From positions 1 through 64,000 of the forward strand of contig CAMUAL010000001.1 in the NCBI GenBank assembly GCA_947086925.1: a stretch of 64,000 bases of DNA, in the 5' to 3' direction. Shown one piece after another: positions 1-8,494 of this stretch. The first letter of the stretch is position 1. The number at the start of each line of letters is the position of its first letter. The notes under the pieces are model-generated. The model saw nothing but the letters and a program-made list of their open reading frames with translations. It did not search any database and had not been told where the DNA came from. The position numbers and the translations under genes are program-made. This DNA is from an uncultured Clostridia bacterium. GTDB taxonomy: Bacteria; Bacillota; Clostridia; Christensenellales; Pumilibacteraceae.

Positions 1-18
1 TTTTACGTAACTATAAAA

Positions 19-59
19 AATAAAGACGTAAATTGTAGTGTTCAACTTACGTCTTTATT
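19..59. terminator. 13-bp perfect inverted repeat hairpin (aataaagacgtaa / ttacgtctttatt), terminator-like
   Basis: Inverted repeat with 15-nt loop read directly; A/T-rich flanks on both sides (possible bidirectional terminator for a gene left of the window). Confidence 0.35.
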
Positions 60-163
60 GTCAATGATGAATGATAAGTAGCGTAGTAAACAGCCGAAAA
101 AGGGAGCAGACAGACACAGGGATTGAACCTAACAATTATAATTTGGCTATTCGAAAAATATAA

Positions 164-664
164 TTGAATGTGGCACATCTTATGAAATCCCAAAGTATTA
201 GACGAGTTGTATATACTGTTTTGATAACATGTTTAACGTGTCTGATTTTAAGTTTAATCATTTATCAAGGGCAATATTTTCAAAATTGGTTTAACAGTGC
301 ATACGCACCGCATAAGCAATTCATTATAATCGGTTGGTTTTTGTTGTTTGCATATTACGGGGTTTGCCTTTTCTGTTTATGGCAAACAAACACCAAAGGA
401 AGAAACTATTTATTTCTTTTAGGTATTCAGTTTTTTGCGTTTGCCGTTTTTGTAATATCGGTATATTGTTTTTCTGCTTATATATTGGCTACGGTCAGCA
501 GTATTTTCTCCGTGATATTTTCTTGTTGGTTGGCAGTAAAATTGTTCAGGAATAAGCAATATGTTTTAATGTCTTTAATAGCGGTGCTTATACTGATTTA
601 TCTTTATTGTGTGTTCTGCGGACTACTTTATTGTTCGCTTGAATACGGCGTTTGGAAAGAATGA
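164..664 (+). CDS. hypothetical polytopic membrane protein
   Basis: 166-aa ORF, very hydrophobic with 4-5 predicted TM helices; no recognisable family. Confidence 0.4.
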   Translation: MNVAHLMKSQSIRRVVYTVLITCLTCLILSLIIYQGQYFQNWFNSAYAPHKQFIIIGWFLLFAYYGVCLFCLWQTNTKGRNYLFLLGIQFFAFAVFVISVYCFSAYILATVSSIFSVIFSCWLAVKLFRNKQYVLMSLIAVLILIYLYCVFCGLLYCSLEYGVWKE

Positions 665-706
665 AAATGCCGTATTCTATCTTTCGACAAAATACGACAT
701 TATTCT

Positions 707-781
707 TGGAGCGGAAGACGGGACTCGAACCCGCAACGTTCAGCTTGGGAAGCTGACGCTCTACCATTGAGCCACTTCCGC
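707..781 (-). tRNA. tRNA-Gly (anticodon CCC)
   Basis: Reverse complement folds as canonical cloverleaf: acceptor GCGGAAG/CTTCCGC, D-arm GCTC-AATGGTA-GAGC, anticodon stem TCAGC/GCTGA with loop TTCCCAA (anticodon CCC), T-arm with TTCGAGT loop, discriminator T + encoded CCA; near-identical to Bacillus tRNA-Gly scaffold. Confidence 0.85.
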
Positions 782-794
782 ACTTTGCAAATTT

Positions 795-823
795 ATTTTA
801 TACTATTTTAAGCTTTGCGTCAA
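795..823 (-). promoter_or_regulatory. sigma-A type promoter for tRNA-Gly (TTGACG-17-TAAAAT on minus strand)
   Basis: On the minus strand: TTGACG (plus 823-818), 17-nt spacer, TAAAAT (plus 800-795); predicted TSS a few nt upstream of the tRNA 5' end at 781. Confidence 0.5.
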
Positions 824-1147
824 GCGGCAAAGCATGGTTATGAACGAAATGTTTCGCGCCATGCGATTTTCAAACAGTATTGAATCGATACGGAAATTAA
901 AAAACTCGGTTTATGCTGCGGTTCGATAGGGGATTAGAAACAGGCAATAATAAAAAGCTACCTAACACTTTGTCCGAGAGCTTTTTATCTACACGTAATT
1001 AAGTAAGATAAATTGAAATTTATCATTAATTTTAATTTGATTTTTTAGCCGCTCCGATCCGAACGCGGTAAATCGCTTATGCCTATTTTGGACGGTATGT
1101 GCGAGTGGGGAGATAAAAACAGAATATAATCGGATAAATCTATTAAA

Positions 1148-1188
1148 AAGAAGTAAGGCATTGAATAATCGTCTTACTTCTTTTTTCT
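1148..1188 (+). terminator. rho-independent terminator (10-bp stem aagaagtaag/cttacttctt + T-run)
   Basis: Perfect 10-bp stem, 15-nt loop, followed by ttttttctt; it overlaps the 5' end of track ORF 1161..2264, arguing the real start of that gene is the internal ATG at 1341. Confidence 0.55.
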
Positions 1189-1340
1189 TCGCTAAATTAT
1201 GTTTATCGTTCAAACATTATATCAAGATACATGAGAGAACGCAGCTTGGAATTACTGGTACGGCGATTGCTTTTATTTATTGTTTGCGTTTTTCTTTGAC
1301 ACATGATATAATTTATAAAACATATTGTGTAGGTATTCGA

Positions 1341-2264
1341 ATGATAAAAAAAGGGCTGAAAAACTTTTTAGTTAATCTCAAATATCTGTTTACTCCGTTG
1401 GGGGCGTTGTCGTTGGGCGTTGTTTTGGGCTTGTCCGCTCTTATATCGGGCACGGCGGCGGAAATAAAAACGCTTTCCGACAAAGTGGTCGAAATAACAG
1501 GGGATATGGAAATCGATTACGATGCGCTCAAAGAATCGGTGTTCGGCGCGGTGCGCTCACTCGACTGGACTCAGCCGTTCTCGGCACTTAAAACTCTGCT
1601 TAGCGTCGAGTGGCTTTCGTCCACGTTCAATTCGTGCATAGGCTCGCTCGTTTCGGGCGGGGATTCTTACGTAGACCGAATAACTCTTGCGGTAGACGTT
1701 GCGCTCGGCGGCATAAAGGTTCATTTTACGGTGTTTGTTTTGTGGTCGGTTCTCGGACTGTTCGGCGGTTGTTTTTTAACTAAGTTTTTAATACGGCGCA
1801 ATATGGCTCGGCGGGCGTGGTGGAAATACTTTTTGGCAACATTTGTCGAGTCTTTACTTGGTTCGCTGTTTGCCGTTTTCGTAGTGCGGTTTCAGTTTTT
1901 GTGGGAAGCGGGAGGAATACTGTCGGCACTTTGCGCACTGGTTTTGATAAGTTTAGGCTCGCTTATCGAAGCGCATATATTGCACGGGTGGAAAAAGGTA
2001 GATTCCCGTAAAATACTTAATCCGAAAAACATATTTACTCTTATGGCGGTTAATCTGATTATTTTCGCAATAGCGATTGCGGTTATTATTATTCTGTTTG
2101 TCGCATTAAACGCGGCGGCGGCATTGTTCCTCAGCGTTGCAATTATCGAAATAATGTTTATAGTTTGCAGTATGAATGCCGAGTCTTATGTTAAAAGCGT
2201 AGCCGAACAAGAGGCGGAAGCAAACGAATGCCCGTCGGCGGCGGATACCGAAATACGCGACTGA
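1341..2264 (+). CDS. hypothetical integral membrane protein
   Basis: In-frame ATG (MIKKGLKNF...) downstream of terminator; 6-8 predicted TM segments; acidic C-terminal tail; no family recognised. Confidence 0.5.
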   Translation: MIKKGLKNFLVNLKYLFTPLGALSLGVVLGLSALISGTAAEIKTLSDKVVEITGDMEIDYDALKESVFGAVRSLDWTQPFSALKTLLSVEWLSSTFNSCIGSLVSGGDSYVDRITLAVDVALGGIKVHFTVFVLWSVLGLFGGCFLTKFLIRRNMARRAWWKYFLATFVESLLGSLFAVFVVRFQFLWEAGGILSALCALVLISLGSLIEAHILHGWKKVDSRKILNPKNIFTLMAVNLIIFAIAIAVIIILFVALNAAAALFLSVAIIEIMFIVCSMNAESYVKSVAEQEAEANECPSAADTEIRD

Positions 2265-2328
2265 CTCTTGCGTCAAAAAATTTTCGCAAAAAAATTTAAA
2301 AAAAATTAAAAAAACGTCAAAAAAACGC

Positions 2329-2357
2329 TTGACGGATTTATTTTATTGGTATATAAT
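2329..2357 (+). promoter_or_regulatory. consensus sigma-A promoter TTGACG-17-TATAAT
   Basis: TTGACG at 2329-2334, 17-nt spacer, TATAAT at 2352-2357; preceded by A-rich UP-like tract (2280-2325). Confidence 0.6.
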
Positions 2358-2363
2358 AAGCGT

Positions 2364-2512
2364 GTAATCAAGGTTAAGTACCTTTTCGGTACGTTGGTTA
2401 TATTAAGAAACCTTGTTTACATTAAGTAGCTCATCATTTTCCCCCTTATCATATAGCGGGACGGTCGATTGTAATAATCGGCCGTTTCGCAGTTTTAGGG
2501 GGATTTTTTTAT
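2364..2512 (+). ncRNA. candidate small structured RNA (promoter-to-terminator unit, ~150 nt)
   Basis: TSS predicted ~2364 from the promoter above; 5' stem caaggtt(2369-2375)/aaccttg(2409-2415) enclosing hairpin gtacc-ttttc-ggtac; 3' stem tccccct(2440-2446)/aggggga(2497-2503) enclosing hairpin cggtcgatt-gtaat-aatcggccg, followed by T7 run (2504-2510); no credible ORF. Confidence 0.3.
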
Positions 2513-2670
2513 TTTATTTGATTTTATGGTTTAAGCGGGGTTTTTATTTGGGGGGGCGCATTTCAAGGCGAATTTTTTGTTTACGGCATAATGTAGTTGC
2601 GGGCTTAATTCGTTACCGCCGAAATTTTTTGAAAATATCGAAATTTTTCCGAAAATCTCATTCAAATCCG

Positions 2671-2699
2671 TTGACATACTATGTAATATATAGTATTAT
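2671..2699 (+). promoter_or_regulatory. promoter of padR operon (TTGACA-17-TATTAT) with overlapping palindrome tactat-gtaatat-atagta (candidate PadR operator)
   Basis: TTGACA 2671-2676, 17-nt spacer that itself is the inverted repeat tactatgtaatatatagta (2677-2695), -10 TATTAT 2694-2699. Confidence 0.55.
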
Positions 2700-2788
2700 G
2701 TATACGGTGGTATAAGGCATAACACAGTGTTTACTATACCGCAGGGAGTAAATATGGTTAATTACTACGACAGCGGAGGAGGACGCAA

Positions 2789-3100
2789 ATGGACGCACAG
2801 TTAAAAAAAGGTTTGCTCGAAGCATGCGTGCTTGTTTCGCTTAAAAAAGAGGAAAGCTACGGATATAAGATAATCAGCGATATATCGCCTTACATCGAGA
2901 TTTCGGAAAGTACGTTGTATCCCATACTCAAACGGCTTGAAAGCACGGGGTGTTTAACCACGCGAAGCAAGGAGTATAACGGCAGACTGCGAAAGTATTA
3001 CATGATAACCGAGGCGGGCAAGCGCAAAATCAAGGAATCCATATCCGATTTGGACGAACTTAGGCGGGTATACGAATTTATATACCGAGAAGGACACTGA
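2789..3100 (+). CDS. PadR-family transcriptional regulator
   Basis: 103 aa; winged-HTH PadR signature (ACVLVSLKKEESYGYKI...STLYPILKRLE...GCL); RBS ggaggagg upstream. Confidence 0.85.
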   Translation: MDAQLKKGLLEACVLVSLKKEESYGYKIISDISPYIEISESTLYPILKRLESTGCLTTRSKEYNGRLRKYYMITEAGKRKIKESISDLDELRRVYEFIYREGH

Positions 3101-3118
3101 GAGGGAGGTAAAAGTAAA

Positions 3119-3877
3119 GTGACTAAATACGAATGGGAATCGGAACTTAAAAAGAACATACACCGATTGCCTTCCGACGAAATAAAGCGCGTAATGGAAT
3201 ATTACGACGAACTGTTTGCCGACAAAATCGAGCAGGGATTAAAGGAAACCGAAATCGTATCGCAGTTCGGAAACCCCGTTGACGTAGCGGATAAAATACT
3301 TTCGGACTACGACGGCGAAATGCCGGAGCGCGAGGAAACTCCCGTGCCGTCGGTTAAAAAGTCTGATAAAGGCGCGGCAGATACCGAACCCGTAATAGCG
3401 GATTACAAACAGCCGTCGCCGGCTAAGTCCGATACCGAGCCTATGATAGCCGAGTATAAAGAGCCTTGCAAAAACGACGGCGGCACAGCCGAAACCGAGT
3501 CGAAAAAGAAATCTACGCGAAAAAGGGAGTTCAATTTCGGCAGACTTTTGGCGTTTGTGCTTATAAATGTTTTCACGGGATTCGTGCTTTTTATATTCGC
3601 GGCGTCGGTGTGGATTGCATTTGCATCGGTAACTATTGCGGGATTCGCATGCGCGGCGGGCGGCGTTGCGGGCATTGTTATTTCGATAGGAACGCTTTTC
3701 GGCGGGCATGCGGCGATAGCTTTTGCGCAAATAGGAATAAGCGTGGCGGCCGTCGGCATCGGCATGATAATGGAAGTAGTTTGCTTTAAAGCAATAAAGT
3801 GGCTGGCAATAGGCACGAAAAAGTTTTTCGGGTTGATATTCGATTGGGTATATGAAAAGAAGGAGGTTGCACAGTGA
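3119..3877 (+). CDS. DUF1700 (HAAS-like) membrane protein, PadR-associated
   Basis: N-terminal soluble DUF1700-like domain (MTKYEWESELKKNIHRLPSDEIKRVMEYYDELF), short acidic repeats, C-terminal 3-4 TM helices; typical partner immediately after padR. Confidence 0.7.
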   Translation: MTKYEWESELKKNIHRLPSDEIKRVMEYYDELFADKIEQGLKETEIVSQFGNPVDVADKILSDYDGEMPEREETPVPSVKKSDKGAADTEPVIADYKQPSPAKSDTEPMIAEYKEPCKNDGGTAETESKKKSTRKREFNFGRLLAFVLINVFTGFVLFIFAASVWIAFASVTIAGFACAAGGVAGIVISIGTLFGGHAAIAFAQIGISVAAVGIGMIMEVVCFKAIKWLAIGTKKFFGLIFDWVYEKKEVAQ

Positions 3878-4779
3878 GCAAGACATTGAAATGTGTTTTG
3901 GCGGGAATAGGACTGATAATTGCGGGCGGACTCATATTCGTAATTACCATGACCGCATTGAATTGGGATTTTTACAAGCTTGACTCGACTAAGTACGAAG
4001 CGCAAACCTTCAACGCGATTCCGGATTCCGTTACGCAGGTGGAAATCGATTTGGATTCGTTCCCCTTGAAGATAACGAGCGGCGACGAGCTTATTTTAAA
4101 TTACTTCGAGGCGAGCAACGCAACGGTAACCGTTAAGCAGGAGGGGAGCGTTTTAGTAGTCAAAGAAGACGCCGATTTCAATATAATGACTAACGGCATG
4201 TTCAATTTCGGACGCGGCAGATACGCTTATTCTCTTACCGTACCCGAAGGCATACGAATCAGATATACCGGCACAAACGGCGATATAACATTAAGCGGCG
4301 TAACAACCGACAGTCTGTACGTTAAGTCAACCAACGGCGACATCGATATAAGAGGTTGTAATATAGATTCGGCGGAGTTGCACGTCACCAACGGCGATAT
4401 AAGCATAATAAACGGAACAATGGGCAGTGTGGTTGTTAATTCCACAAACATGGATTTGGACGTGAACGGAGTAACCGCCGATTCGCTTAAAGCCGCGGGG
4501 ACGAACGCCGACATTTCGATAGAAAATTCTGTTATATACGAAATATCGCTCGATTCCGTAAACGCCGATTACGAAGTTGAAAGAGTGCAAGTAAACGAGC
4601 TTACCGTTAAGGGAACCAACCTTGACGCAAAGCTGATTATCAGAGGAATCAAAAGCGAGTATACAATAACGACTCACGGCAGGGGATTGCCCGCCGCGCA
4701 AACGGGAACGACCGATAAATTCGTAAAAATCACGGGAACAAACAGCGATGTAAAATTGCAGTTTGTGGCGGGGTTTTAA
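3874..4779 (+). CDS. DUF4097 (putative adhesin / beta-helix) domain protein with N-terminal TM anchor
   Basis: N-terminal TM helix then repeated beta-strand pattern (ITLSGVTTDSLYVKSTNGDIDIRG..., TNGDISI..., TNADISI...) typical of DUF4097; start overlaps stop of previous gene (coupled). Confidence 0.7.
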   Translation: MSKTLKCVLAGIGLIIAGGLIFVITMTALNWDFYKLDSTKYEAQTFNAIPDSVTQVEIDLDSFPLKITSGDELILNYFEASNATVTVKQEGSVLVVKEDADFNIMTNGMFNFGRGRYAYSLTVPEGIRIRYTGTNGDITLSGVTTDSLYVKSTNGDIDIRGCNIDSAELHVTNGDISIINGTMGSVVVNSTNMDLDVNGVTADSLKAAGTNADISIENSVIYEISLDSVNADYEVERVQVNELTVKGTNLDAKLIIRGIKSEYTITTHGRGLPAAQTGTTDKFVKITGTNSDVKLQFVAGF

Positions 4780-4834
4780 CCGATACGGCGGTGTGTTTCC
4801 GCTTTAAAACGCAATATGCGGATTGAAAACATAA

Positions 4835-4874
4835 AAAGCCTTCGAATACAAAGTCGCATTCGAAGGCTTTTTTA
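4835..4874 (+). terminator. rho-independent terminator (12-bp stem aagccttcgaat/attcgaaggctt + T6)
   Basis: Strong perfect stem-loop followed by tttttt directly after the padR-DUF1700-DUF4097 operon. Confidence 0.8.
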
Positions 4875-4954
4875 AAATATTCGCTTGCAATATTTTGCGT
4901 TGCGGTGTATACTGAAAACAGATATATTTTTATAAAGATAGCGAGGGACACAAA

Positions 4955-5740
4955 ATGGAATATAAGCAGTTGACAATAAAAGCGGAATCGTACGAGGGGA
5001 TTTTGTCTTGTTACGAACACACCGATTACGCTGAAATGCCCGAGAAGTCGCGCCCCGCGATACTGATTCTTCCGGGCGGCGGATACGTAGCGTGCAGCGA
5101 CCGCGAGTGCGAAGTGGTTGCGCTCGAATTTTTCAATCGCGGCTATAACGCATACGCGCTCAAATACCCTTGCGCACCTGCAAGATACCCCATTCAAATT
5201 ATAGTGGCGGCGGCTGTAATGGACACAATCCGTAAAAGAGCACCGCAAAGCAAAACCGACGTAAAAAGAGTTTTTGCGGCTGGATTTTCGGCAGGCGGGC
5301 ATCTTTGCGGCTGTCTTGCCAACTGCCCGCGCGAATTTAAGTCGGTTAAAAAGTATAACTTCAAGCCGAACGGAATAGTTCTCGGGTATCCCGTAATACG
5401 CGAACATCCGGGGCATGAGGACAGCTACAATAATCTTTTGGGCGACCGCCGCGATAAGGGCACTGCATGGCTTGATTTGCACACCTCGGTAACGAAAGAC
5501 AATCCGCCTGCGTTTATGTGGGCGACTGCCGACGATTCGGTTGTTCCCGTAATAAGCACGCTCAGCTATGCCGAAGCGTACAACAATCTCGGACTTAAAT
5601 ACGAACTGCATATTTTTTCGTCGGGACCGCACGGCATGAGTTTGGCAGACAAAAGAGTAAGTCAGAACAACGCCGCTTACGCCGACTCAAAAGTTGCGAA
5701 ATGGGTTGATATGGCAGACGAATTTTTGCGCGGGTTATAA
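4955..5740 (+). CDS. alpha/beta-hydrolase fold esterase/lipase-like protein
   Basis: 261 aa; oxyanion-hole region ILILPGGGY, nucleophile elbow GFSAGGHL (GxSxG), C-terminal His (SSGPHGM) consistent with HSL/acetyl-esterase type hydrolases. Confidence 0.7.
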   Translation: MEYKQLTIKAESYEGILSCYEHTDYAEMPEKSRPAILILPGGGYVACSDRECEVVALEFFNRGYNAYALKYPCAPARYPIQIIVAAAVMDTIRKRAPQSKTDVKRVFAAGFSAGGHLCGCLANCPREFKSVKKYNFKPNGIVLGYPVIREHPGHEDSYNNLLGDRRDKGTAWLDLHTSVTKDNPPAFMWATADDSVVPVISTLSYAEAYNNLGLKYELHIFSSGPHGMSLADKRVSQNNAAYADSKVAKWVDMADEFLRGL

Positions 5741-5823
5741 TTTCCCGAATCCCGCGCGACCGCGGTAAACAAACGCATTTGCCGAAAGCAAAAGCACGAA
5801 CAGACCGGACAGAATAAAAAGAA

Positions 5824-7368
5824 ATGGCAATACTCGAAATCAAAAATCTATCGCACACGTTTGACGGCAAACCGCTTTTCGCGGGCGCCGATTTGGCGAT
5901 AAACAACGGCGAACACGTAGGAATAGTAGGTCTTAACGGCGCGGGAAAAACCACATTCATAAATATTATTTCGGGCAAGCTTCCGCAAGACGGGGGCGAG
6001 GTTAAATGGCAAAACGGAATACGCCGCGGCTACTTAGACCAACACGCCGACATTGACCGCAGCAAAACGGTAATGGAATATCTGCGCGCCGCATTCGACC
6101 GCTTATACGCCGAAAACGCGCGCATGGAACAAATGTATGCCGATATGGCGGATATATCCGACCCCGACGAGCTCGACCGCAGAATAAACAAAGCAAATAA
6201 GATTCTCGAACGGCTTACCGACGAAGGTTTTTTCGAACTCGACTCCATGATTAAAAAAGTTGCGGGCGGTTTGGGCATTGCCGCGTTCGGGTACGACACG
6301 GTTATAGAAACGCTCAGCGGCGGTCAGCGCGCAAAGCTCATGCTTGCAAGACTTCTTCTCGAAAAGCCCGAAATAATGTTGCTCGACGAGCCCACCAACT
6401 TTTTGGATATCGAACATATAGCATGGCTTACCGAGTATTTAAACTCGGTTAAGGGAACTTTTTTGGTAATATCGCACGACACCGAATTTTTGGATAAAGT
6501 AACAAAGTTCATTGTGTCGATAGAGAACGGCACAATCAAAAAGTACGGCGGTAATTACACCACCTACCGTGCGCAAGCCGAGCAGAACGCAAAGCAGTAC
6601 GAAGAAAGCTATCGGCGTCAGCAGGAAGAAATCAAGCGCATGGAAGAATACATTGCGCGCAACAAAGCGCGTGCGGCAACCGCGGGTATGGCGAACAGCC
6701 GCAAGAAAATGCTCGACCGCATGGAAAAGCTCGACAAACCGAAAGTTGTCTACGACGCCGAGTTTTCGTTTCCGTGCGAGGTACTGCACACCCGCGATAT
6801 GCTTATTGCGGAAAATCTTTTAATAGGCTACTCGAAGCCGCTTTTGCCGCCTATTAACCTGCACATAAACGGCGAAACGAAACTTTGGATACGCGGTACG
6901 AACGGCATAGGAAAAACCACTTTAATCAAAACGCTTATGGGGATATTACCCGCTAAGGGAGGCAGTTACCGTCTGCACCCGTTTTTCCGCGCGGGATATA
7001 TCGAACAGGATTTCGATTTCGGAAGCCGCTCCACAAACGCGCTCGGCTATCTGTCGGACATTTACCCGCGGCTTCAACCAAAGCAACTGCGCGAAAAGCT
7101 GAGCAAGGCCGGCATTAAAAACGAGCTTTGCACAAAGCCTCTCGGCGACCTCTCGGGCGGCGAGCAGGTAAGGGTTAAGCTGTGCGTGCTTATGCAGAAA
7201 ACAACAAATATTTTGCTTTTGGACGAACCTACCAATCATTTGGACGTTCGCGCCAAAGAGTCGCTTAAAAAAGCTCTTTGCGAGTACAAGGGGGCGATTC
7301 TGCTTGTAAGCCACGAACGCGATTTTGCCGAAAGCGTGTGCAACGAAATTTTCGACGTTAAACAATAA
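5824..7368 (+). CDS. ABC-F family ATPase (two tandem ABC domains, no TMD)
   Basis: Walker A GLNGAGKTT and GTNGIGKTT, signatures LSGGQRAKL / LSGGEQVRV, Walker B LLDEPTN x2, charged inter-domain linker; 514 aa. Confidence 0.85.
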   Translation: MAILEIKNLSHTFDGKPLFAGADLAINNGEHVGIVGLNGAGKTTFINIISGKLPQDGGEVKWQNGIRRGYLDQHADIDRSKTVMEYLRAAFDRLYAENARMEQMYADMADISDPDELDRRINKANKILERLTDEGFFELDSMIKKVAGGLGIAAFGYDTVIETLSGGQRAKLMLARLLLEKPEIMLLDEPTNFLDIEHIAWLTEYLNSVKGTFLVISHDTEFLDKVTKFIVSIENGTIKKYGGNYTTYRAQAEQNAKQYEESYRRQQEEIKRMEEYIARNKARAATAGMANSRKKMLDRMEKLDKPKVVYDAEFSFPCEVLHTRDMLIAENLLIGYSKPLLPPINLHINGETKLWIRGTNGIGKTTLIKTLMGILPAKGGSYRLHPFFRAGYIEQDFDFGSRSTNALGYLSDIYPRLQPKQLREKLSKAGIKNELCTKPLGDLSGGEQVRVKLCVLMQKTTNILLLDEPTNHLDVRAKESLKKALCEYKGAILLVSHERDFAESVCNEIFDVKQ

Positions 7369-7408
7369 TTTTTATTTGCCTTAATAAAATAGAAAGAGGT
7401 AAAAGAAA

Positions 7409-8398
7409 ATGATTAAATATTATTTGCTGTACGACGACGAAGCGCAAACCTGCGCCGAAGAAATCGCCGCCGGGCTTACGGACTCGGGACTTGTAAACGC
7501 GTCGGACGAATGCGACGACGACGGTGCGGCACTTCTCGGTGCGGATTTTCTGTTTATGGTTGTGTCCGATGCGGCGCAAATAGAAAAACCCGAAATCAGG
7601 AATCGTTGGGAAGCATTCGACAACGAAATAAGGTGGAAGCGCAAACCGTTAGGAGAAATTTTGTTTTTCGTGCCGGATGACGGCGTGCTGAAAAATCTTC
7701 CGTTAAGACTCAAAAAATACGGATACTATTTGTTCGACGAAGTTTCCGACGCGGCGGGATATTGCGAAGAAACTATGCGGAATGCGCAGAATAAAAAACG
7801 CGTTTCGGAGTCCGAACCGAGCATTAAGCAGATTAAGTACAGTCCTTCTCGGGAAACGGTTGAGCAGATTAAGTATAATCCCACTCGGGAAACGGTTGAG
7901 CAGATTGAGTATAATCCCGAAAAGGATTCGATAAAGCAGATAAAATACAATCCCGAGCGCAAATCTGTTAATTTGCTTAATAAAGATTCGGCGAAAAGTG
8001 TTTCGGAAAAACATGCTTCGGGCGAAGATACGGTAACTCCCGACGAGGTTGTCGAAAAGACCGCCGAGTCACTCGCGCAAAGCATAAAATCCGACGTGAC
8101 TCCGAAAATCGAAGCGGACAACGAGCACGAATACCGCATGAACAAATACGATTATATATTCGAGGAGCTTAAACGCGCCGACAAAAAACTGCGAGAGAAC
8201 AATCCCAAAGTAAATTCGAAAGGTTGCATTGCGGCGATTGCGATTTTTGTTGTTTTTTGCGTAATTTCGGTAATAGTGGCGGTTATAGTAAATACGCTTA
8301 GAATGCAATACGCTGGCTTTGCGGTGAGTATGAGCGAAATTGCGCCCCTATTCGACTTTGCTCCCGATTATGTGTGCCCGATAAATGCTTTACAATGA
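7409..8398 (+). CDS. hypothetical protein: N-terminal TIR-like domain, 12-aa tandem repeats, C-terminal TM helix
   Basis: RBS aaagaggt; N-term ~115 aa shows TIR-like alternation (YYLLYDDE..., DFLFMVVSDAA, RNRWEAFDNEI, ILFFVPDDG); middle has repeats ETVEQIKYNP(T/S)R; C-term hydrophobic segment IAAIAIFVVFCVISVIVAVIV. Confidence 0.5.
   Translation: MIKYYLLYDDEAQTCAEEIAAGLTDSGLVNASDECDDDGAALLGADFLFMVVSDAAQIEKPEIRNRWEAFDNEIRWKRKPLGEILFFVPDDGVLKNLPLRLKKYGYYLFDEVSDAAGYCEETMRNAQNKKRVSESEPSIKQIKYSPSRETVEQIKYNPTRETVEQIEYNPEKDSIKQIKYNPERKSVNLLNKDSAKSVSEKHASGEDTVTPDEVVEKTAESLAQSIKSDVTPKIEADNEHEYRMNKYDYIFEELKRADKKLRENNPKVNSKGCIAAIAIFVVFCVISVIVAVIVNTLRMQYAGFAVSMSEIAPLFDFAPDYVCPINALQ
7824..7960 (+). repeat. 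36-bp in-frame tandem repeats (~3.5 copies) inside CDS 7409..8398
   Basis: cagattaagta(c/t)a(g/a)tcc...cgggaaacggttgag repeated; encodes (S/T)RETVEQIKYNP units. Confidence 0.8.
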
Positions 8399-8494
8399 GA
8401 ATCGTTTTGTGCTATAATTTAATTTAGCAATTTTTGTCTTTGCCGTACGGCTTATGAGTTGAATTGCCAAGCTGATTAAAAGGAAAATCTTTAC

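Noticed and set aside
664-1160. Integrated element at the 3' end of tRNA-Gly
   Set aside because: No integrase, no direct repeat of the tRNA 3' end, and no phage or IS genes are visible within the window. There are only hypothetical membrane proteins and terminators.
1161-1340. Upstream extension of the membrane-protein ORF (track start 1161)
   Set aside because: A strong intrinsic terminator (1148-1188) overlaps it, and its codon usage is odd. The start was moved to ATG 1341.
2413-2715. 100-aa ORF in the 520-bp gap upstream of padR
   Set aside because: It overlaps the predicted structured RNA and the padR promoter. It has no RBS and an improbable composition.
4730-5632. 300-aa ORF on the minus strand overlapping the alpha/beta hydrolase gene, and similar long antisense ORFs overlapping coding regions (49611..50666, 57584..58771, 44776..45576, 20574..21413, 16066..16704, 15049..15702)
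   Set aside because: They lie antisense to well-supported, strongly conserved genes and have no RBS. Their arginine/cysteine-rich, low-complexity translations are typical of GC-rich antisense frames, so they are taken as spurious.
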